DNA of 41,951 nt from a virus. Taxonomy: Duplodnaviria > Caudoviricetes. The position numbers and the translations under genes are program-made. The stretch is from positions 1 through 41,951 of the IMG/VR virus record IMGVR_UViG_3300048998_000066. One strand, written 5' to 3'. Shown here piece by piece: positions 6,881 to 14,733 of the stretch (within the stretch, counting starts at the first letter, position 1; every line of letters starts with the position of its first letter). Under the pieces are notes generated by a model, which saw only the letters and a list, made by a program, of their open reading frames with translations, was not told where the DNA came from and searched no databases.

Positions 6881-7055
6881 TTGCCCGCTCCCATTCTTGC
6901 AGCGTGGCTTGGAACACGGAGCCGATATAGTACCTATTTCCCCCGTCGTAACATTCGCAACGCACTGTACGTTGCAACCAACTGATACGCCGCAATACCG
7001 CGCCTTCCGGCAGAGTGTCGGGCGTATGGGTCCAAAAGAATTTTAACATTTTCAT
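6873..7055 (-). CDS. Hypothetical protein (60 aa)
   Basis: AGGAG RBS; operon packing. Confidence 0.6.
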   Translation of the reverse strand: MKMLKFFWTHTPDTLPEGAVLRRISWLQRTVRCECYDGGNRYYIGSVFQATLQEWERAID

Positions 7056-7057
7056 CT

Positions 7058-7246
7058 TTAAATCTCCTGGGATATGCGCGGGTCGGGGCGGTTCGCCAAC
7101 CCCTCATTGTACCCACGCGCGTAGGCATGGGGTAACTTGCTTCGTCCTGCTGGCAGGCCCGCATTGCCGTGTCGCCAGCCCCGCGCAAAAGCGCGCTTTT
7201 CATCCGGCATGTAATATATTGGGCGAACGTCTGTCATTTTAGTCAT
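7058..7246 (-). CDS. Ribosome modulation factor (Rmf)-like small protein
   Basis: RAFARGWRHGNAG...AYARGYNEG resembles the Rmf pattern A..RGY.AG..G...W..GW.. Confidence 0.45.
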   Translation of the reverse strand: MTKMTDVRPIYYMPDEKRAFARGWRHGNAGLPAGRSKLPHAYARGYNEGLANRPDPRISQEI

Positions 7247-7248
7247 CT

Positions 7249-8097
7249 TTAGAGCTCCTGTGTTTTGAGTGCGTTTTCGATGACGCGGGAGACAAATTCC
7301 AAACCCTTCGCGGCGGTCGGCGCGTGTGTGCTCGCCTCTTTCATGCCGTTAAGGATGACTGCGCCCGGCGGGCAATTGATCAGGTCGCTAAGGCGCGCGT
7401 TAGCGGCGCTCCCGTAGTTCGATGCGGGCGGAACCGGCATACGCTCGATAGCGGCGAAGCCAAGGCGGCGCAGCATAGCCGGATGACCGATAGCGAACGC
7501 GACCACGGCTAGGTCAAGCGGCTGGTCCGCTTTCTTGATCGTAATCGCTTGCACGGTACGCCAGCCACTAACCGCGTACGTAGCAACTAGCACGCCAATC
7601 AGCTCAACGCGCGTTCCGTCCGTCTCAAGCTGGTTCACGTACTGTGCACACGCGACACCAAAATTAGCCATGCAATCCGCGTCTGTGTGCGCGTTGGCGT
7701 CAAGTGACACAGCCAGGGTTAGAACGCGCCCCGCGCCCGTCTCTGCCTTGTCCGCGTGTCTGATCATGCTATCGGGTGCACCCGCGCAAAAGCGCGGAAC
7801 GTGCGGGCGGAAGCCGTACACGTCCGTACGCGTGTCAGGCTGGGGGGACATAGCCGGGAACGTCTTAAGCGCGTCCTGCGCCCTTGTAGCGCCTTCTAGC
7901 CACCCATTACGCGCCATGTTCACAGCGGCGTCGTAGCCCGCGTTCAGGTCCCAACGCTTGGACATTGGTTGAGTACGAGCAACATTGTACGCGGAGCCCC
8001 AAACCTTGGGCGCGTCCTTAATCCAACCGGCGAACTCGCCGAGGCTATCGAAGCTGTACAAGGCGGTTTTCTTGGCAGGGTCAATGCGCGTTTGCAT
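7249..8097 (-). CDS. vWA-like (CobT-type) partner of a MoxR AAA+ ATPase
   Basis: VYGFRPHVPRFCAGAPDSM and IKKADQPLDLAVVAFAIGHPAMLRRLGF motifs; immediately downstream of the AAA gene; start at MQTRID. Confidence 0.65.
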   Translation of the reverse strand: MQTRIDPAKKTALYSFDSLGEFAGWIKDAPKVWGSAYNVARTQPMSKRWDLNAGYDAAVNMARNGWLEGATRAQDALKTFPAMSPQPDTRTDVYGFRPHVPRFCAGAPDSMIRHADKAETGAGRVLTLAVSLDANAHTDADCMANFGVACAQYVNQLETDGTRVELIGVLVATYAVSGWRTVQAITIKKADQPLDLAVVAFAIGHPAMLRRLGFAAIERMPVPPASNYGSAANARLSDLINCPPGAVILNGMKEASTHAPTAAKGLEFVSRVIENALKTQEL

Positions 8098-8110
8098 GTA
8101 CGTAATACCT

Positions 8111-9478
8111 TTAAAGTGCTTGTTCGATTTGGCGCACGGTGTCCGCGTCCAAACCCTTGTACACAACTAGACCCGCAACAGTCGTGCGGTCAATCCCTTG
8201 GGCTAGCAGCTTGCACCCGTCGTACGTGGCGCGCGGCGTGACAAGGTGCGAGAGGCCGCGTTCGGCGACCACGGCGCGCACGCGTTGCACGTACTTGGCC
8301 CACGACTGATCGGACGCTAGGGCTAGCTCTAGGTCGTCGTCATATCCAAATTCAATGAAGGCGAAACGGTCGATTGACGCGGCGTCCAGTTGATTGCGGC
8401 CCGCGTACTGGCGCGTTGCGCCCGTAAGCTTCGTATTGCCTGCCGCGATACACACAAACTTTTCGTGACGCGGGACCATGCCGTCAGGGAACGGACACAC
8501 GCCGTTCGCAAGCGCCATGTTCAACGCGACCACGGCGGACGGCGCGGACCCGTCCAGTTCGTCAAACAGGAACACGCCACCGTGTTCGTACGCGTCACGG
8601 AATTGCGTCCGTACGGTATCGCCCTTGGCGTCCTTAAAGCCGAGTAGTTGGTACTCGCTTTCCACCTTGGCCGCATAGTACGCCTTCAAGCCGAACGCTT
8701 GGGCGACCTTCTCGGCGAGGGTGGTTTTGCCGCTACCGGCAGGGCCGTACAGGTACACGTTCACGCCAGCCGTGAGCGCCGCCAGCACGAGCGGCGTTTG
8801 CTTGTGGACTAGGCCAAGCGACACGGGCGATGGGGCGTCAGGACGCGTGACTTCAAGGCGCGTGGGCGTGAGCGTTTTCAGGGCCTCTAGGGCGGCCGTG
8901 TGCGCCATGGTCCCCATCTCGGCGCGCATGGCCGCCAGGGACGCCTCCGCCGCGTCTAGAGGCACGCGGGCGATAGCTTCTGACAGTTCATCGTGAACTG
9001 TGCCTATGGCCGTCTGTAGGGGCTCAAGAGCGCCCTCGCGGACTTCCCGCTTGATCAGGTCACGCACGGTGTCCAGCGACGGGCCAGCGGCCTCCGCGGG
9101 GCGCGGCTTAGGCTCCGGTTTAAGATCGGCGTCATAGTACGTCGGTTCGGGCTTAGGTTCCTTGCGTGGCCATGCGGGGTTAGGCCGCGCGGGTACCACG
9201 TCCGGCGTGTCCAGTATGTCACGCGGCGCGTTGTGACGCAGGTTGACCCGTTGGGCAACGCGAGGACCGCCAGCGCCGTCTTTCATCGCGACAAGGTAAA
9301 TACTGATCAGGTCGTTATCGGACGCCTTGCGCGCCGTATCCATCGAAAGGCCGCAAAGCTGGCCCAGTTCCTCAAGCTGATCGCGCAGTGAGGGCGACAG
9401 ATGCAAGCCCGTCGTCAGGCGCGGGGCCGACGCGTGAATGCCGAGAGCCGTGTTCTTGACGTGTGTAGCGCTAGCCAT
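8111..9478 (-). CDS. MoxR/CbbQ/CobS-like AAA+ ATPase
   Basis: GPAGSGKT, FLFDELD, AAGNT, YAGRNQLDAASIDRF, TPRAT. Confidence 0.9.
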   Translation of the reverse strand: MASATHVKNTALGIHASAPRLTTGLHLSPSLRDQLEELGQLCGLSMDTARKASDNDLISIYLVAMKDGAGGPRVAQRVNLRHNAPRDILDTPDVVPARPNPAWPRKEPKPEPTYYDADLKPEPKPRPAEAAGPSLDTVRDLIKREVREGALEPLQTAIGTVHDELSEAIARVPLDAAEASLAAMRAEMGTMAHTAALEALKTLTPTRLEVTRPDAPSPVSLGLVHKQTPLVLAALTAGVNVYLYGPAGSGKTTLAEKVAQAFGLKAYYAAKVESEYQLLGFKDAKGDTVRTQFRDAYEHGGVFLFDELDGSAPSAVVALNMALANGVCPFPDGMVPRHEKFVCIAAGNTKLTGATRQYAGRNQLDAASIDRFAFIEFGYDDDLELALASDQSWAKYVQRVRAVVAERGLSHLVTPRATYDGCKLLAQGIDRTTVAGLVVYKGLDADTVRQIEQAL

Positions 9479-9522
9479 ATGAGGTTGCCTTTGAGAGGGT
9501 GAATGTAGGGGCTAGGGGTGCG

Positions 9523-10137
9523 CTAGGCGGCTTCGTCCGTCGCTTCCAGTTCCTCGCACACGAGCTCGCCGTCACACGAGGGAACCGGGCAACCCAAGTA
9601 CGCGTGCGGCTGGATATGCTTGCGAGTGACGCGCGCGAGCCAGCCACAAACCGGGCACTCGACCTTCAGGAGCGCCGTTGTCTGTTTCGGGCGTGCGGAC
9701 GATATGCCGCCCTCCTGAAGCGCGCCGTACGGCATTGCGCCAAGCTTGGAGATGACGGGGAGCGCCCAACCGTACCACGCGTCAGTCGCCGTAGGGGCGG
9801 TCATACGGCCCGAGTACCCAAGCGACGTGGCGGCACGCTTGTACTCCGGCCCACGGCCCTTGTTGAGCCCGATAGCCGCGTGAATAAGTTGCTGCGTCAG
9901 CACGTCGCAAACGCGCGTGGGGTCCGCCAGCGTGGGCTTAATGAAGATTTCGAAGTACCCATCTTCGCTCGCATCGCTAGACCAGCATTCGCCGATCTTC
10001 GAGCCCTTGGAGCCGCGCGACGTGAAGCCAACGGCAACGCGTACGTTCGCGGGAAGGCTGGCGTTGGCGGCTTCGAAGCGGGGCCGCGCGGCGTCAATGA
10101 ACGCCTCTAGGTATTCTTCGCGTGTGGCGTAGGTCAT
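9523..10137 (-). CDS. SprT-like protein with degenerate active site and C-terminal zinc ribbon
   Basis: IGECW...EIFIKP...DVLTQQLIHAAIG...GRGPEY, then CPVC...CPVPSC. Confidence 0.75.
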   Translation of the reverse strand: MTYATREEYLEAFIDAARPRFEAANASLPANVRVAVGFTSRGSKGSKIGECWSSDASEDGYFEIFIKPTLADPTRVCDVLTQQLIHAAIGLNKGRGPEYKRAATSLGYSGRMTAPTATDAWYGWALPVISKLGAMPYGALQEGGISSARPKQTTALLKVECPVCGWLARVTRKHIQPHAYLGCPVPSCDGELVCEELEATDEAA

Positions 10138-10149
10138 GGCTGTGTGTCC

Positions 10150-10353
10150 TTACGAGTTGATATAAATGTCTTGCGACGACGTATGCTGTAAAATGGTATA
10201 GGTCCCGAGTAAGTTTTTATATGCTTGGGCGTAATTGCCTTCGCCGTCCGTCCACATACCGTTGTGGCCCGTAGTGACATATTCATGATCGATAAGAGAC
10301 TTGCGAGCATCTTCCGTCGTGCGGAATGTGTTGTATTTGTATGGCAGTTGCAT
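10150..10353 (-). CDS. Hypothetical protein (67 aa)
   Basis: AAAGGA RBS. Confidence 0.7.
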   Translation of the reverse strand: MQLPYKYNTFRTTEDARKSLIDHEYVTTGHNGMWTDGEGNYAQAYKNLLGTYTILQHTSSQDIYINS

Positions 10354-10386
10354 GTGTGTGTCCTTTAAAGGGATTACGATACGAGG

Positions 10387-10572
10387 TTAGCGCGCAAGCG
10401 GCTCATAGTACGTGTTGGCTTCCCGAAGTTGTGCCAACTTGAATTCGAGTTCGGCGACCGTGTAGTGACCGCTGCAGAGAATGGCGAAACCGCCATCGTC
10501 GCAAATGTAATCGGCCCCGTCTTGGTCGTTAAACGTCGTGCCGGTGTGACCCGTGGCTGTATCGAAGTCCAT
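10387..10572 (-). CDS. Hypothetical protein
   Basis: GAGGT RBS before MDFDTA; first gene after the promoter at 10623-10651. Confidence 0.65.
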   Translation of the reverse strand: MDFDTATGHTGTTFNDQDGADYICDDGGFAILCSGHYTVAELEFKLAQLREANTYYEPLAR

Positions 10573-10622
10573 GTGCCTGATTACCTCTGTAAATTTGCCT
10601 TGCGGCGTCGGGCCGCCCCTTC

Positions 10623-10651
10623 CCTTTAAAGCAATATGCGGCCTCGTCAAG
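10623..10651 (-). promoter_or_regulatory. Early promoter whose -10 region overlaps a CTTTAAAG box
   Basis: CTTGACG-16-TAAAGG. Confidence 0.45.
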
Positions 10652-11005
10652 CGCCGTGTTTATACACCTTATAATAGGGGACTGATTTCACACCCGCGCC
10701 ATCCGCATTTTTGTACGTACTTTGTTCCGTATTGCGAGTAATTCCTAAATCGACGCTAGGGCCATTTTAAGCGCCGTACGAGCCCCATTGAATTTGGATA
10801 CGGAATGCATCACGCGCCCCGCAAAACCGCTGTACGCGCATCCTAAGGCGTTCTAGGGCCATGTGCTTTTGATGCAACATGAGTATACGTGAAGTAATTT
10901 ATTCTTGCGCCTTACTTCATGTATACTATGTCAAGCGCTATGTTGCTCAAATGTACTCAAGCATACTTGCGCTCTACTCAAGTGTTACTAGGTACAATAC
11001 TTGCG

Positions 11006-11464
11006 CTATAGTATGTCAGGTAATTTACCCATGTCATATTGCGGACCGTCCCGTCGCTTCCGCGTGATCATGCTTAGCCTCGTTTCCACGTCTGTCTCAC
11101 GCGCGTCGATGTAGTGACACAGGACGCTCACGCGCACCCAGCGGTCCGCCATCTCGGCCTCCCGAGCCTGTTGGATCACGCGCGCATGTAGCTGAGGGTT
11201 AGTGTTGTACGTGAGCGCGCCGTTCGCGCGTGACATGTCCCATACCGGCGTGAGCCCATCGGGCTCTACTAGCCACGTATCAAGCGCGATCAGTTTCGTG
11301 CCGCCTTCTCGCCACTCAAGCTGTAAGTACTCGCGCTTGCCGAAGATGAACACGTACGCGTCTAGGTGCAGAATACTAGGGCGCGTTAATGTATCGAATA
11401 ATTTACCAGCTAGCCAGGGGCGGTTGAGTAAGGCGGGCCTTCTATAGCTGCTAGGGTTTGCCAT
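11006..11464 (-). CDS. Hypothetical protein (152 aa)
   Basis: AAAAGGA RBS; ends LPDIL. Confidence 0.7.
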   Translation of the reverse strand: MANPSSYRRPALLNRPWLAGKLFDTLTRPSILHLDAYVFIFGKREYLQLEWREGGTKLIALDTWLVEPDGLTPVWDMSRANGALTYNTNPQLHARVIQQAREAEMADRWVRVSVLCHYIDARETDVETRLSMITRKRRDGPQYDMGKLPDIL

Positions 11465-12395
11465 GGGGCGTTGGTCCTTTTTCAGTCACTTAGCTACAGT
11501 CGTGCCGAGGGGTAAAAAACGGCGCTCGGGAGCCTTTGATTTTATTGACTTTTCGAGGGTATCTCCCCGAAAGGCCTTATATGTACACGACAACACACAC
11601 TCAAGCAACGCTACAGGCATATACAACTATATAAGGGGTTGTTTGCTATATAGATATATATGTACTTATATAGACAAGTGGTTTCAACAAAAGTAATGTA
11701 CTAAAGTAATGTACTTTACAGCGTAAAAGTCGAGTATTTGTCGGCATTTCAGTTTTATACCCACATGTTTGGCTAGAATACTGGCACACATCTAGGTATA
11801 AAAGTGTAACCTGGCACAAACTTACTCGATTTACCGCGTAGTAGTTTATTAAAGTAATTTACTTCAGTTATATAGGCGGGCAGGCAGAGTAATATACTAT
11901 AGTAATATACTTAACTAATATACTTACACGCATATTCAAGTACTAAATCACTTTAAAGCTATCCCCTAGTGTTAGTATAATACTTAAATTAAAACTTATA
12001 CTTAAGGTTACTAATACTCAGTACCTTTAAAGCGTTTTAGTTTTGTAAACTAGGCCACCGGGTCGGCGGGCAGGCGGGGTACTGTTAAATTAGGGTACCA
12101 CCGCGCTAAATTTTTGTAGTTTTCGTTTAGTATACTTAGTAATTTACTTTAGAGTAATTTTTATAGTTTTCATTTAGTACGTTTAGTAATTTACTTTAGC
12201 ATAGTTTTTATTTGACCTTAGTACATTTAGTAATTTACTTTCATATAATACTCATAGGAAATCGGGCCACGTTTAAAGTCAAAAAGGCCCTTGACGACCG
12301 CGAAAAATCAATGTCCCCATGCGCCACTGTCGCGTTTTCGCCGTAGGCGAAAGCGTGCCGCCGATAGCCTTAGGGGCTCGAAAAGGAACACGAAA
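11465..12395. other. AT-rich non-coding divergence region; candidate packaging site, genome end or origin
   Basis: No credible ORF; multiple AGTAAT[TGA]TACT boxes; separates leftward early genes from rightward late genes. Confidence 0.6.
12111..12242. repeat. Three imperfect ~45-bp tandem repeats
   Basis: Each unit ends TTAGTA-NNN-TTAGTAATTTACTTT. Confidence 0.85.
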
Positions 12396-13562
12396 ATGAA
12401 GACTTTCCTTCGGGGGCTGGCCGCGCCCTTTATCGCCTTGCTGGCCCTGAGTATCGCAGTACCCGCGTACGCCCAAGTTATTGTACCTACGTACACGGAA
12501 GCCGCCACAGGGAATGTTAAGCAAGGCATTGGCGTAACTTCGTTAGGTATGGACGGAGTTGCGGCGACTTCTACAAATGTTGTAAGTACATCTGGCGCAA
12601 CACTATCTGCGGGAGTACTTAATTTCACCGCAAACTCGCAATTTGCAGTTATTGACGTTACCGGATATAGGTCAGTAAGTGTACTGCCAAGCGGGACATT
12701 TACCGCCGGATATCAGTTTCAATGGAGTAATACTTCTACGGGCGCATGGACCGCAGGTGCTGCAACGGACCCGGGAAACGTCGGTCTATCGTCGGATAGT
12801 ATTGGGCCATTCACGTCAAATGTTAATCTACTTAATATGAATGTGCAAGCAAAGTACTTGCGTATTTTAATTACCAATTATACGTCCGGCACTGTGCAAT
12901 TGACGCCCGTACTAAACAGCGGGAATTTGCCCGTACGTAGCGTGTTGGCTACTGTAGCTGGACAGACGGCAGTGGGTTCGTCACCTACCGGCAATCCAGT
13001 GCAAATTGGCGGCGTTAGCAGTTCCAGTTCAAATACAGTTCGATATGCTACAGACAATGGAGGTAATTTTCCGGTTACAGGCAGCGTTGCCTCGGGCGTG
13101 TCGGATAGCGGAGCCCCCGTAAAGACGGGCTGCGTAGTGAATAATACACTCCCCACATTCACTAACAGTCAACGTGCGGATTGTCAGGCATCGCCCAAGG
13201 GAGCGCAACTGGTCTCGCTTATTTCTGATACCTCCGCCAACGTAGCTATCGTTCCCGTAGTTTCGTCTGCTGTCGAGAGTGGGCACGTACTTAAGGCCTC
13301 TGCGGGAAATTTGTATCGTATTCGCGTAACGACTGGAGGCACGGCCGGATATGTGGGCGTATCGAACGCTACGACTGTACCGGCTGACGGTGCGGTAACT
13401 CCGCAACTTTGCCAAGCCGTTGCGGCAAATTCGACAGTCGAGATTGACCATTCGGTAATTCCTGATAGGTACTCGACCGGTATCAGCGCGTGGTTTTCCT
13501 CAACTGGCTGCTTTACTAAGACAGCCTCGGCTACGGCCATGATTGAAGGTTTCGTACAATGA
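12396..13562 (+). CDS. Ser/Thr/Gly-rich beta-structured virion-like protein with N-terminal signal peptide
   Basis: AAAGGA RBS before MKTFLRGLAAPFIALLALSIAVPAYA-Q; C-terminal VLKASAGNLY...GISAWFSSTG resembles phage decoration/spike domains. Confidence 0.75.
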   Translation: MKTFLRGLAAPFIALLALSIAVPAYAQVIVPTYTEAATGNVKQGIGVTSLGMDGVAATSTNVVSTSGATLSAGVLNFTANSQFAVIDVTGYRSVSVLPSGTFTAGYQFQWSNTSTGAWTAGAATDPGNVGLSSDSIGPFTSNVNLLNMNVQAKYLRILITNYTSGTVQLTPVLNSGNLPVRSVLATVAGQTAVGSSPTGNPVQIGGVSSSSSNTVRYATDNGGNFPVTGSVASGVSDSGAPVKTGCVVNNTLPTFTNSQRADCQASPKGAQLVSLISDTSANVAIVPVVSSAVESGHVLKASAGNLYRIRVTTGGTAGYVGVSNATTVPADGAVTPQLCQAVAANSTVEIDHSVIPDRYSTGISAWFSSTGCFTKTASATAMIEGFVQ

Positions 13563-13822
13563 AGACGGCGCTGTTCGGACTTATCCTGGCTAGTATTTTT
13601 ACCACTCAAGCGCTGGCAGTAACGTGGCAAACCTCGCTTGTGGGGCAAGTACCGCCCGATACGACCGCCGCGTTGCTTCCTACTTGTAGTTCTGCGCAAA
13701 CCGGCGCGGTTTATCGTGTTACCAACGCGCTTACTCCTGCGTTGGGCGTTGCTGTCGTAGGTGGCGGGGCGGTCGCTGTACTGGTCCGCTGTAACGGAAC
13801 CGCTTGGCTCGTCGGCCAGTAA
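13559..13822 (+). CDS. Small fibre-tip-like protein with signal peptide
   Basis: MKTALFGLILASIFTTQALA then LPTC...GAVYRVTNA...GGGAVAVLVRCNGTAW; ATGA coupling. Confidence 0.75.
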   Translation: MKTALFGLILASIFTTQALAVTWQTSLVGQVPPDTTAALLPTCSSAQTGAVYRVTNALTPALGVAVVGGGAVAVLVRCNGTAWLVGQ

Positions 13823-13880
13823 CAACCCGCTTGACCAAATCAGCCCCTGATGCTCTTTAGAGGGCTTCAGGGGCTTTTTC

Positions 13881-14390
13881 ATGCGCAACGAGACAACCCT
13901 CAACGCCTTAGCCACCGAACTTCAGCGGAATTGCGGCGACACGCTGGCCGCATGTCGGGCCGTGGGTGTGTCGCTGATCTTCGTTTCGCAGTGGCGGAAA
14001 GATGACAAGAAGGTCAATGAGGCGCTTACTGAAGCCGAGCGCGTGGGTACGCAAGGACTTGTAAGCGCTGCGATCCAGCGGGCCGTACACGGCATCGACA
14101 AAGACGTATACTATAAAGGCGAAGTGTGCGGTCAACAGCGCGAATACTCTGATGGACTTTTGCAAACGCTTTTAAAGGCAAAAGTAGCGGAATTCGCCAA
14201 AGACGGCGAGAACGGCGGCTTACAGGTTCACGTACAAGTGGCTAATATCATGCCGCGTGCAGCGAACTACGCTGATTGGTTGGCCATGAAGGATCAAACC
14301 GTAAATCGCGCACTGCCTGCGCCGGACGATAGTAGTGTAATTGAGGCGGAGTACGTCGAGATTAATGCGTTTCAGGGGATCGAGTTATGA
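13881..14390 (+). CDS. terS: Terminase small subunit
   Basis: HTH-like ACRAVGVS...QWRK, RAVHG..KDVYYKGE, EYSDGLL..LLKA; upstream of TerL. Confidence 0.8.
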   Translation: MRNETTLNALATELQRNCGDTLAACRAVGVSLIFVSQWRKDDKKVNEALTEAERVGTQGLVSAAIQRAVHGIDKDVYYKGEVCGQQREYSDGLLQTLLKAKVAEFAKDGENGGLQVHVQVANIMPRAANYADWLAMKDQTVNRALPAPDDSSVIEAEYVEINAFQGIEL

Positions 14391-14560
14391 AAACGCTAGA
14401 AGTGCCGAAGATGGCGCTCGTGCCGAAGGTGCCTAAAGTACCCAATCACAAGTTGAAAGTACCGGAAGTAGCCGGTATGGATGCCGTTGACGAGACGAAG
14501 CGCATTACGGATAAGCTACTTACTCGCCTCAACGCGCATGATAAGCGGCCACGCAAATGA
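14387..14560 (+). CDS. Small basic protein with VPK repeats (57 aa)
   Basis: Hand-translated MKTLEVPKMALVPKVPKVPN...; ATGA coupling at both ends. Confidence 0.6.
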   Translation: MKTLEVPKMALVPKVPKVPNHKLKVPEVAGMDAVDETKRITDKLLTRLNAHDKRPRK

Positions 14561-14733
14561 CCGACCGCCCGCCTCCGCGACCATTGAGCGAGGCCAGGCG
14601 CTGGCTTGCGCGCCAACTTATGGACACGTCACTGTCTGACGTAGAGGCATTCAGCATGATCGCGTTTCATCCGCTTATTCAAGATGCGCGTGACGCTAGT
14701 CCGGCAATTGGGAAGCGCCCGCGTAATACGTAA
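14557..14733 (+). CDS. Small hypothetical protein (58 aa)
   Basis: Hand-translated MTDRPPPRPLSEARRW...; TAATG coupling to terL. Confidence 0.6.
   Translation: MTDRPPPRPLSEARRWLARQLMDTSLSDVEAFSMIAFHPLIQDARDASPAIGKRPRNT

Noticed and set aside
11463-11696. 77-aa plus-strand ORF in the divergence region
   Set aside because: No RBS, atypical composition, and overlaps probable promoter DNA
12111-12242. Spaced repeats resembling a mini CRISPR array, with a Cas4-like gene in the genome
   Set aside because: Repeats are degenerate, the intervening sequences resemble each other, and DUF2800 nucleases are routine in this replication module
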